46,395 nucleotides of DNA, taken from the NCBI GenBank assembly GCA_963626295.1, contig CAVFWS010000003.1, positions 1 to 46,395 on the forward strand. The letters run 5' to 3'. Each line of letters begins with the position of its first letter. The stretch's first letter is position 1. The notes beneath the pieces are model-generated. The model did no database searches. It was not told the DNA's origin and saw only the letters and a list, made by a program, of their open reading frames with translations. Shown piece after piece: positions 17,201-24,156 of this stretch. The position numbers were made by a program, and so were the translations under genes. The stretch comes from Clostridium sp. CAG:138 (lineage in GTDB: Bacteria; Verrucomicrobiota; Kiritimatiellia; RFP12; UBA1067).

Positions 17201-19002
17201 TGCGCCTTCGCCGCAACCGTGGCCGCGACGGTCGAGATGTTCAGGTTGCGGAGAGCCGCAATCATCCCGTCGAACTTGGCGGCGACCGCCGTTTTCGCCA
17301 AGGCGAGGCCGTGCAGCTTCGCCGACACGGTCGCCGCGACGGTCGAGTCGTTGAGTCCCTTGAGGGACGCGATCATGCCGTCGAACTTGGCGGCAACCGA
17401 GGCCTTCGCCAAGGCAACCGCATGGAGCTTTGCCGAGACAGTCGCCGTGATCGCCGCCAGATTGATGCGCTTCAACGCCGCCTCGAAGGAGGCGAACTTC
17501 GCCGCGATGGCGGATTTCGCGACCGCCGCCGTCTCGGCGTTCGTCATGAGGACGAGGCTCGCGGCGATCTGCCGGGCGCGTCCGTCAATCGGAAGGTTGA
17601 GGGCGGCGAGGAGCTTCGAGGTGCCGACGAGCGCGGGGACGGAGGCGTTACGGTAGTCCGAGAACGCCTGCGCCATCACGCCGAAGGCGTTTGCGGCGAC
17701 GATGCCGCGCTTCGCGAGAAGCGAGAAGAGACCCGTCACACCGGAGACCGCGCCGGAGATGATCCCGACGCCCGCGCCCAGCACACGCGAGGCGGTGCCG
17801 AGGGCGAAGAGCGCCGCGCCGAAGGCGGCGACGCCCGTCACAGTCGCTGCAATCGATGTGACGAGTCCCTTGTTCGCCTCCACCCACTTGGTGAAGGAGT
17901 TGATGACCGCCGTCACCTTGCCGACCATCGGCTGGAGCGTCGAGTTGAGCGCATCTCCGACGGCGTTCATCGTCCCCTCGACGGCGGACTGGAAGAGACG
18001 GAACGAGCCGCCGATGCCCCGATCCATCGCACGGGCGGTCTCGTCCGCCTGCCCGTTCACGTCCTTCAGCTTCGCGAGGAACGCGTCCATCTCGTCGATG
18101 TTCCCGGCGAGCGAGATTCCCGACATCATGCCACGGACGTCGAAGACGTCCTTCATGAACGAGAGCCGCTCGGCGGTCGGCATCTTCTTGGTGGCGAGGG
18201 CGATGTCGCGCATCACAGCCGCCATCTTGCGGAGGTTGCCGGAGGCGTCCACCGACTCGACCCCGACTTCTCGGAGCATCGCCTGCACCTTCGTGTCGGC
18301 GAACTGGATGAACGCCTTGCGGAGGGCCGTGCCTGCGAGCGATCCCTTGATGCCCATGTTGGCCATCACGCCCAATGCGGCGCACGTCTCGTCGATGGAT
18401 TCGCCGCAGGACGCGGCCTGCGGTGCCGCCATCTTGAGCCCCTCGAAGAGGTCGGTCAGCGTCTGCGCCGATCCGTTCGCGGTCGCCGTGAGGACGTCCG
18501 CGACCTGCGTCATCTTGCCCGCCTCCAGGCCGAAGATGCGGAGCGAGTTCGCCGCGATGTCGGCGGACTCTGCGAGGTCGGTGCCCGTGGCGCGGGAGAG
18601 ATTGAGGACGGAATCAATCGAGGCGACGATCTCCGAGGGGTTGAAACCCATGCGCCCGAGGCCGATCATCGCGTCTGCGACCTGCTGGGCCGTGAACGAG
18701 GTCTCGCGCCCGAGCCGCTGGGCGGTCTTCGTCAAGGCGTCGAACTGGTCGCCCGTCGAGGACGTGACCGCCTGCACGAGCCGCATCCGGTCGTCGAAGC
18801 CTGCGAAGGACTTCTCCGCCAGGACGAACGGCAGCGAGAGCGCACCGCCCAGTGCCATCATGTCCCGTCCGAGACCCTGACAGGCCTTGCCGAAGTCGCG
18901 GAGCTGCGTCTGGACCGCCGAGAGATTCTCCTTCAGCTTGGAGGTCTCGGCGGTCACCTCGACGTAGGCGCGACCGGCGCGGATGTTGGCGGATGCGGAC
19001 AT
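14203..19002 (-). CDS. tail tape measure protein (1599 aa)
   Basis: The N-terminal region is typical of TMPs (GRETSFTAQQVADAMIGLGRMGF, LTATANGSAQTLTDLFEGLKMAAP). It also has hydrophobic segments, a long Ala-rich repeat array and C-terminal coiled-coil sequence. Confidence 0.9.
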   Translation of the reverse strand: MSASANIRAGRAYVEVTAETSKLKENLSAVQTQLRDFGKACQGLGRDMMALGGALSLPFVLAEKSFAGFDDRMRLVQAVTSSTGDQFDALTKTAQRLGRETSFTAQQVADAMIGLGRMGFNPSEIVASIDSVLNLSRATGTDLAESADIAANSLRIFGLEAGKMTQVADVLTATANGSAQTLTDLFEGLKMAAPQAASCGESIDETCAALGVMANMGIKGSLAGTALRKAFIQFADTKVQAMLREVGVESVDASGNLRKMAAVMRDIALATKKMPTAERLSFMKDVFDVRGMMSGISLAGNIDEMDAFLAKLKDVNGQADETARAMDRGIGGSFRLFQSAVEGTMNAVGDALNSTLQPMVGKVTAVINSFTKWVEANKGLVTSIAATVTGVAAFGAALFALGTASRVLGAGVGIISGAVSGVTGLFSLLAKRGIVAANAFGVMAQAFSDYRNASVPALVGTSKLLAALNLPIDGRARQIAASLVLMTNAETAAVAKSAIAAKFASFEAALKRINLAAITATVSAKLHAVALAKASVAAKFDGMIASLKGLNDSTVAATVSAKLHGLALAKTAVAAKFDGMIAALRNLNISTVAATVAAKAHTAAVAKTSVAARFGGMVSSLNGVTAATSAATVAANAHTAAVAKTGVAAKFGAMLTALKGVDAATIAATVSAKLHTMAVAKTAVAAKFSGMITALKGVNAATVAAALSAKMHTAAVAKTALAAKFGSMIAALKGVNAATVTATAAANAHTAAVAKTSVAAKFGSMLASLKGVNLATLAAAASAKIHALALAKSAAAGKFEGVVNALKSVNLATIAATVSAKLHALALAKTAVAAKFGGMIASLKGVNAATIAAAVSARLHTAAVAKTALAAKFDGMVASLRNVNLATIAATVSAKLHALAVAKTAIAAKFEGMIASLRGVNLATIAATVSANLHTAAVAKTAVAARFEGLIASIKNLNLATIAATVSAKLHTLAVGKSATAGKFDGMVSGLKGVTTATTAATLSANLHTTAVARTATAANFGGIVTALKGLNRATIAATVSAKAHAAAETVGTLAAKASTAAHAAFATVSGMVTASHAKAALGAAAAGTANVALALTTKLVAAGYLAAASAAAAFCAIPITWVLIAVVGALAGLCAYMASASKHTATLSDEMGRLREKGDDLRATDELRMQRLQQLAEKENLSNAEMKEADRLSNQLKARYGALGISVDKTTNSISLATDAQERFNAAMKAQALQQVEAEMAELKKNIRELDEENESLTGFWVNAWNTITFRMGKAASDIEANGKKIEETMKRIAEVRQRRDAILGNEKGSLTGGKAEKEQLESKVEQGKSEKAASADEADRAAKKAAEIEKKLTREQQTELQNEISDIVELRDEYKKLLATVLSFEKSKKQKDLEKIADLEGRLTEADAVAERRIAAANARAKKKFDKEVGDLQGDFDQTAADIQRNRDEGETDRKVDATLKTDAAAGMKLLNDLINQSKIAAVQAKAEFDKALKDAAADGTITDEEKEKIGKAKDAYSYSEGLVDKYAAKLRAAQDETQKRTGAVKPQGTFYAKAAQNLRGNQMEQRMLSVTQEIEKHTKKAAELLKDGTGSSMSFT
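15840..17535 (-). repeat. ~15 tandem copies of a 111-bp (37-aa) unit inside the tape measure gene
   Basis: Unit ATIAATVSAKLHALALAKTAVAAKFGGMIASLKGVNL. I counted 15 A-x-x-S-A-K-L-H motifs spaced 37 aa apart. Boundaries are approximate. Confidence 0.85.
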
Positions 19003-19013
19003 GACGGTTTACC

Positions 19014-19345
19014 TTATTGGGTTATGGGTGTGCGTTTGAGCGGCCTCTTGATGAAGGCCGACTTGAGGGCGTCGAGCATCTCGCCGCCCTTGAGGACGAT
19101 CTTCGGTGGCTTCTCCGCGAACGGATTGAAGTCGGCGGGGCTTACCGCCTTGCCTTTCTTCGGATCGCGCATGAGGTTCACGGCAAGGGCCATGATCGAC
19201 GAGGTCTGCGCCCAGTCGAACCGGCCCCTGCCTTCGACCATCGAGATCAGCTCACGGAGGGTGAAGGGTCCGGGGTCGACGCCGAGGATTCCGGCGAACT
19301 CGTAGACGAGCTCATCGACTCCCTTACGCGGCTTTCGAGTTCCGG
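19014..19345 (-). CDS. T-like extension of the tail assembly chaperone, reached by a -1 frameshift from the G frame (the upper boundary is not defined)
   Basis: The -1 frame becomes codon-typical from about VDELVYEFAGILGVDPGPFTLRELISMVEG and ends 11 nt before the TMP start. There is no in-frame start with an RBS. Confidence 0.55.
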
Positions 19346-19756
19346 ATCCTCCAGCGCCTTCTCGAGGACGGCGTTCGACTCCGTCCCGAACTTCCTCGCC
19401 AGCTCGACGGCCTTCTTGAGGAAGAGCCGCCTTGCGCCGGGGAAAAAATCCACGAGCTCGTCCAGAAACGCCTTGGTGGCCGACTCGATGGCGTCGCCCG
19501 CGAGAGCCGTGCCGAACTGCTCGTCCGTGACGTTCGCGACCTTCGCCTGCTCCTGAACGAGCACCCAGAGGATGTCGACCAAAAGACACGGGTCGTTCGC
19601 GATCTTGTCGATCATGTCGACCTTGACGTTGCCGTCCTGACCAAGCTCGATCACGTTCACGAGGTCGAGGCCGAGGGCGGCGCGGACGCGCTTCATCTGA
19701 AAGACGTTGAGGACGATCTGCCATTCGCGACCGTCGCGATCCTTGAAAATCTGCAT
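19247..19756 (-). CDS. tail assembly chaperone (G-like)
   Basis: 169-aa ORF between the major tail and tape measure genes. Its last ~25 aa are Ser-rich and look out of frame. Confidence 0.7.
   Translation of the reverse strand: MQIFKDRDGREWQIVLNVFQMKRVRAALGLDLVNVIELGQDGNVKVDMIDKIANDPCLLVDILWVLVQEQAKVANVTDEQFGTALAGDAIESATKAFLDELVDFFPGARRLFLKKAVELARKFGTESNAVLEKALEDPELESRVRESMSSSTSSPESSASTPDPSPSVS
19442..19448 (-). other. in-phase T_TTT_TTC heptamer in the chaperone gene (candidate -1 slippery site, uncertain)
   Basis: On the minus strand gaT TTT TTC is in the X_XXY_YYZ phase of the G frame. However, it lies about 100 nt upstream of where the T frame starts to look coding. Confidence 0.3.
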
Positions 19757-19789
19757 TGTGAATTACCTTCCGGTTTTGTTGGGTTGTGC

Positions 19790-19812
19790 GCCGCGCCACA
19801 CTGTGGCGCGGC
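19790..19812 (-). other. GC-rich hairpin between the major tail and chaperone genes
   Basis: GCCGCGCCACA c TGTGGCGCGGC, 11-nt complementary arms, with no U-tract. Confidence 0.5.
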
Positions 19813-19819
19813 ACGGGAC

Positions 19820-20248
19820 TTATTCCTTCCACGTCGGGGCGCGGTTGACGAGCGTCGGCTTGCACGTCACGGAGACGGTCAACGCCTCCTCCAGCGGCTC
19901 GGAGCGGGAGAACGACGTGACGACGAAGTCGGCGTCGAGACCCTTGCCGTTGCCATCCGAGACGAATAGCGCGAGCGGCTCGGCGTTGAAGTATGCCGTC
20001 TTGATCGCGGAGAAGCCGGAATCGTTCGGATCCCAGACCATCTCGAACTCGACGGACGCCTCCTTGAGGGTCGCGGCCGTCAGTCGCCAGCCCTCGGCGG
20101 CGCGGGTCGTCACGTCCGCCTCGCCCGTCTCCATGCTCAAGGTGACGTCCTTGACGTTCGTCATCTCCGTGGCGGCGGTCGTGCCGGCCGCACCGTGGAA
20201 GAGCTTGGCCTCAAGGCCGAGCGTGTAGCTCTTCGTTGCATCTGCCAT
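19820..20248 (-). CDS. major tail protein
   Basis: 142 aa, positioned before the chaperone and TMP genes. Beta-rich sequence of the small siphovirus major tail type. Confidence 0.7.
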   Translation of the reverse strand: MADATKSYTLGLEAKLFHGAAGTTAATEMTNVKDVTLSMETGEADVTTRAAEGWRLTAATLKEASVEFEMVWDPNDSGFSAIKTAYFNAEPLALFVSDGNGKGLDADFVVTSFSRSEPLEEALTVSVTCKPTLVNRAPTWKE

Positions 20249-20275
20249 AGTGAATTACTCCTTGTTAGTGTGATT

Positions 20276-20659
20276 TCATTTGACTGCGTCGCGCCACATC
20301 TCGGCGAGATGCGGCGAAGATTCGCGCAAAGACGGCCCCATGAGGGGTCGCTTCGGATAGCGGTCGCCCTTGTACGCGCCGCCGAACTCGTGCGCCGAGG
20401 CCGAGGTTCCGACGAAGCGGAAGCCGGGGCCGATCAGGACGCGCTTCTTGTCGCGCTCAAGGCCAAAGAGGATCGCCCGCTTCAAAAGCCCTCGCCGCGA
20501 GTGCGGCGGCGTTCCCGGCGTCGATGCCTTTGGGCTCGTCCTGACCTTCGACTGCGCCACCTTGCGGACATACGCGCCCATCCGCTTCAAGATGTCCACG
20601 GACGCCTTGGCGACGCGGGCGGTGAGTCCCTCCGAATCGAAGTCGACTTCCGTCTTCAT
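20276..20659 (-). CDS. tail completion / HK97 gp10-like protein
   Basis: Start at MKTEVDFDSEG (ATGA overlap at 20656-20659). Contains AHEFGG and the size is typical of the gp10-like family. Confidence 0.55.
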   Translation of the reverse strand: MKTEVDFDSEGLTARVAKASVDILKRMGAYVRKVAQSKVRTSPKASTPGTPPHSRRGLLKRAILFGLERDKKRVLIGPGFRFVGTSASAHEFGGAYKGDRYPKRPLMGPSLRESSPHLAEMWRDAVK

Positions 20660-21054
20660 GTCCGGACGATCTCCTTGAAGGTCAGCTCGATCACCGAGGT
20701 GAACTGCCGACGTTCCTTGAGGTGGTCGGGTACGAAGAGCGGATTGTGTTCCGCCTTGTGGCACCGCGCCCCCGCGAGGATCTTCTCCAAGAAGCCCGTC
20801 GCTATGGTCTCAACCAGTTCGACGAGGCCTTCGAGATCGTCCTCGGTCGCTTTCTTGAGGACTCCGATCTGGATCTTGTAGTCATCCTCGCGGTGTCCGC
20901 GTGACAGGAGGTGGTGTTCGACGCCGACTGGTACGACGACGACGCGCATCTTCTTCGCTTCCTTGAGCGTAAACTCCGGGGCGAGTTCCACGACCGCGCC
21001 GTATTCGGCGAGATCTTCGGCCACCGCCTCGGCGATTTCAAGAGTCCGTTTCAT
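20656..21054 (-). CDS. head-tail connector protein (hypothetical)
   Basis: 132-aa ORF in the connector block, with ATGA coupling at both ends. Confidence 0.5.
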   Translation of the reverse strand: MKRTLEIAEAVAEDLAEYGAVVELAPEFTLKEAKKMRVVVVPVGVEHHLLSRGHREDDYKIQIGVLKKATEDDLEGLVELVETIATGFLEKILAGARCHKAEHNPLFVPDHLKERRQFTSVIELTFKEIVRT

Positions 21055-21311
21055 CGCATGACCCTCACGAGCTCGAAGATGAGCGTCCCAACGGCGGAGA
21101 GAAGCGAGATGATCGCAGCTCCCGTCGCCGTGTGCAGGGTCTTCTGCAGTCCCGATGCCGTCGCGCAGGGCGGCATGTGGTGGACAGCGTCCTTGAAGTG
21201 CATCTTGATCATGCCTTTCAGCTCCGCGATGTCCATCCGCGCCCGCGACACACCCTCCCAGAGTTCGGGGAATCCGGGCGGCATGTCAGCCGATTGCGTC
21301 TTGTCGCTCAT
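21051..21311 (-). CDS. small protein with a C-terminal transmembrane helix (86 aa)
   Basis: Start at MSDKTQSADMPP (ATGA overlap at 21308-21311). The C-terminus is TATGAAIISLLSAVGTLIFELV. Confidence 0.5.
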   Translation of the reverse strand: MSDKTQSADMPPGFPELWEGVSRARMDIAELKGMIKMHFKDAVHHMPPCATASGLQKTLHTATGAAIISLLSAVGTLIFELVRVMR

Positions 21312-21661
21312 GATTCTCCCTCCGTGAGTTTCGTGTGGATGCGGTAGGCCGTGTGCGTCGGATCGCTCCAGCGCCACGCGGGCTCTCCGTTCGGGGCGAG
21401 CACCTCGTAGGTTTTGCCGCCATAGACGATCTCGTCGCCCTTGGCGGGTTCCGCCGCGAGGTTTTCGCTGCGGACGATGAAGTCCCTCGTCTCGGTACGG
21501 ACAAAAGCCCCGTACTCGTTCTGCTGGCGGAAGACCGTCCGCCCCGGAACGGCGGTCACGCGGTAGCGGACGCCGCCCAAGGGAACGTAGTCGATCTCCT
21601 CGCCGAACCACTGCTCCTCGGTCGCCCGCAAGGCGGTCATCGCCTCACTGAGGACCGACAT
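21308..21661 (-). CDS. head-tail joining / head closure protein
   Basis: 117 aa, beta-rich (YRVTAVPGRTVF...IVYGGKTYEVL), placed after the capsid genes. Confidence 0.55.
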   Translation of the reverse strand: MSVLSEAMTALRATEEQWFGEEIDYVPLGGVRYRVTAVPGRTVFRQQNEYGAFVRTETRDFIVRSENLAAEPAKGDEIVYGGKTYEVLAPNGEPAWRWSDPTHTAYRIHTKLTEGES

Positions 21662-21664
21662 CGC

Positions 21665-21997
21665 TTACAGCCCCTGTTCGAGCCGGACGTTGACGAGCGA
21701 ATCGCCGGAAGCGGCCGCCGCGATGGCATAGCCGAGCTTCACGCAACCAGCCGTGCTGGCGAGGACGGCCTTCTTGTTCGTGGCGTCCCAGCCCACTTCG
21801 TCGCCGGCCGCGAAGGCCGCATCGCCCTTGACGACCTCGTAGACGCCGGTGAGCGCGAGTGCGCCGAGCTCGCCCGCCTTGATGTCGAGCTTCGCGACGC
21901 CCACGAGCTTGCCCTGGTTCAGGATGTCACCCGCAGCGATGTCGGCGGTCGGGGTGAAGTCGATGGAATCGCCGCGCTGAACATAACGTGCATTCAT
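21665..21997 (-). CDS. DUF2190-like capsid decoration/cement-type protein
   Basis: MNARYVQRGDSIDFTPTADIAAGDIL..GKLVGVAKLDIKAGELGALALTGVYEV matches my recollection of the DUF2190 pattern. It lies immediately after the capsid gene. Confidence 0.65.
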   Translation of the reverse strand: MNARYVQRGDSIDFTPTADIAAGDILNQGKLVGVAKLDIKAGELGALALTGVYEVVKGDAAFAAGDEVGWDATNKKAVLASTAGCVKLGYAIAAAASGDSLVNVRLEQGL

Positions 21998-22036
21998 GAT
22001 TGGAATTGCCTTTCTCTTGTGAAGTTGGTTTCGTGT

Positions 22037-22071
22037 GCGGGCGTCGGGTCAGTTACGATCCGACGCCCCGC
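22037..22071 (-). other. GC-rich hairpin just downstream of the capsid gene stop
   Basis: GCGGGCGTCGG ... CCGACGCCCCGC arms with a 12-nt loop and no U-tract. Confidence 0.5.
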
Positions 22072-22077
22072 ATTCGG

Positions 22078-24156
22078 TTAGGCCGCCGCGCCGACGGCCT
22101 TGATCATGCCGCGATGATCCTGCTCGCGGATGCCGATGTCGAAGAACACGCGGAACCAGATGCCGAGGACGTTGAAGTCCAGGTCGCCGCGCTCCACGGT
22201 CGGGGTGCGCTTGCCCTTGAGGTAGCCGATCTCGAACGTGTCCACCGTGCCGGGACGCCCGAAGAGATACCACGACGCCTCCGAAGAGCCGGGGTACTTG
22301 GCGTTGCCGAGGTACGGCGAGGAGACCACGTTGAGGTTCTGGTCGGCGATCACGTTGATCGTCGGACGGATCGTCTGCTCCGTGCCGCCGCTCATCATGA
22401 AGGTCGCGCCCTTGGTGAGCTCGGTCGCGAGGAACTTGAGCGCCGTCGGGACGAGAAGGATGCTCGGCTCGACGCTGATCGGCTGGCCGTCCGCGAACGT
22501 CTGGTCCATGAAGAGCTGGATGCCTTTCTTGAGGGAATCCGCCGACAGGGCCGAGGACGCGCCGGTGAGGAGGTTCTTGTGGCCGGACGAGAAGAGCGCC
22601 TTGCCGTCCGTGGTGGTCGGGTTCGCCAAAAGCCGCTTGAAGAAGAGCTGATCGACGAGACGCGCCGCACGGTTGCCCATCGAGGTCGGAACCTTGAGGA
22701 ACGCGCCGAGGTCGTCGTTGATGATCATCTTGCGGGTGAGGCAGAACTTCTTCGCGTAAGTGTCGAGCTGGTTCGTCGCCATCTCCTCGCCGACGCCGCC
22801 GTCCTTGATCTCGCCGTCCGCGCCGACGGGCTGGAGGTCGCCGATGTCCGTGAGGCGGAAGCGCTGGTTCTCCTTGAAGTCGGTGAGGTCGCCCGTGGTG
22901 CAGAGGCGGGTCGCGATGATCGGCTGCGCCTCATACGCCTGCAGGAGCTTCTTGTTCGCGACATTCGAGAGGATGCCGGGGACGCTCACGGTCGAGAACG
23001 CCGCCTTGATGGCCGCATTGTCGAAGGTGTGCGGGACGGACATTTCCTCAAGGCGCATGCACTCGCCCAAAACGGCGCGGAGCGGCATGTCCATGTCCTT
23101 CATCGCAGCCTCGACGGTCTCCTCGCCCATCTCCTTGGCGAGCTTGTCGCCGTCGATGCCCGCGCGGAGCGAAAGCGCGGCCTCGATGTGCTTCGCGTTC
23201 ATCTCGGACACTTTCTTCACGCTGATCATGGGGGCGGCGACCGGCTGCTTCTGGCGGTAGGCGGCGAGGACGGCCTCGTTGAGCTGATCCTTCTGCCAGC
23301 CCTCGGCGATGGCCTTCGCCTCGATCTCCGGGAACTCGCCGTTGCAGACGCCCTTGATCATGGCGACGCGCTCGCGCTCGGCCTTGATCACGGCCTCGGC
23401 GACCGCCTTGGCGTCCACCTTCGGCTCGAAGGAGATCTCGCCCTTGGCCTCGACCTTCTTCGGGGGCTCGCTGGCGGTCACCGCGGGAGCGGGCGTCGCG
23501 GGAGCGGCTGCCGGGACTGCCGGAGTCGCGGCGGGGGTTTCGGGTGCTGCCGGGGCCGCAGGAGCGGCGGCGGGAGTCGCGGGGGTGCCCTCGGCCTTGA
23601 CGGCGGCGGGCGTGTCTTTCTTGTTTTCAGGTTCCATTATGGATTTGCCTTTCAGTTGGAGTGATGCCGTGACCTGCATGTGAGTCGCCTTGTCGGCTCC
23701 CACCGCGACCACGGACACTTCGCGGAGGGTAGATTTCGTGACATGGTAGAACGGGCCTTCGTGTTCGATCCCGTTGATCGTGCGCTTCCCGTCCTCGACG
23801 AGTTCGGCGGCCTCGACCTCGGCTCCGATGGAGAGCTGCCAGTCGGCACCCGCTTTGCCCTGCGAGACGATGTGTTCGGCGAGGTCGCCCTCGGCCACGA
23901 TCTCGCCCGCGATGACGAGCGTCCCGTCCTCGACGGACGGCTTCACCACGCCCACGCGGGCGAGGGTCTCGTTCTCGTGGTCGGCGAGGAGCGGAACGGA
24001 TTCGGGGACGTTCAGCCCCGAGAGATCCACGACGACCGGCCTCGACCAGCCGAAGAGCCGCATCTTGCCGCCCGAATACGCGAGACCGCGAACCTGCGGC
24101 TTCCGCGCCCCGGATGCGGCGGTGATTTCGAGAAATTCACTCGTCTTTTCCTTCAT
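22078..24156 (-). CDS. prohead serine protease (S78/HK97-type) - Ala/Pro linker - scaffold-like segment - major capsid protein, as a single ORF
   Basis: LLADHENETLARVG, WQLSIGAEV and LREVSVVAVGAD are protease blocks, followed by PATPAAAPAAPAAPETPAATPA. The remaining ~450 aa is capsid-like, ending FRVFFDIGIREQDHRGMIKA. Start at MKEKTSEF after GGAAAGGAAG. Confidence 0.75.
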   Translation of the reverse strand: MKEKTSEFLEITAASGARKPQVRGLAYSGGKMRLFGWSRPVVVDLSGLNVPESVPLLADHENETLARVGVVKPSVEDGTLVIAGEIVAEGDLAEHIVSQGKAGADWQLSIGAEVEAAELVEDGKRTINGIEHEGPFYHVTKSTLREVSVVAVGADKATHMQVTASLQLKGKSIMEPENKKDTPAAVKAEGTPATPAAAPAAPAAPETPAATPAVPAAAPATPAPAVTASEPPKKVEAKGEISFEPKVDAKAVAEAVIKAERERVAMIKGVCNGEFPEIEAKAIAEGWQKDQLNEAVLAAYRQKQPVAAPMISVKKVSEMNAKHIEAALSLRAGIDGDKLAKEMGEETVEAAMKDMDMPLRAVLGECMRLEEMSVPHTFDNAAIKAAFSTVSVPGILSNVANKKLLQAYEAQPIIATRLCTTGDLTDFKENQRFRLTDIGDLQPVGADGEIKDGGVGEEMATNQLDTYAKKFCLTRKMIINDDLGAFLKVPTSMGNRAARLVDQLFFKRLLANPTTTDGKALFSSGHKNLLTGASSALSADSLKKGIQLFMDQTFADGQPISVEPSILLVPTALKFLATELTKGATFMMSGGTEQTIRPTINVIADQNLNVVSSPYLGNAKYPGSSEASWYLFGRPGTVDTFEIGYLKGKRTPTVERGDLDFNVLGIWFRVFFDIGIREQDHRGMIKAVGAAA

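Noticed and set aside
15840-17535. Regular ~111-bp periodicity that could be mistaken for a CRISPR-like or satellite array
   Set aside because: The repeats are contiguous with no unique spacers, in frame, and encode a conserved 37-aa unit inside the tape measure ORF.
19442-19448. T_TTT_TTC as the definitive G/GT frameshift site
   Set aside because: It is in phase and canonical, but the -1 frame between it and ~19345 has low third-position GC and reads as Arg/Gly-rich junk. The real shift probably occurs closer to 19330-19350. I kept it only as a low-confidence candidate.
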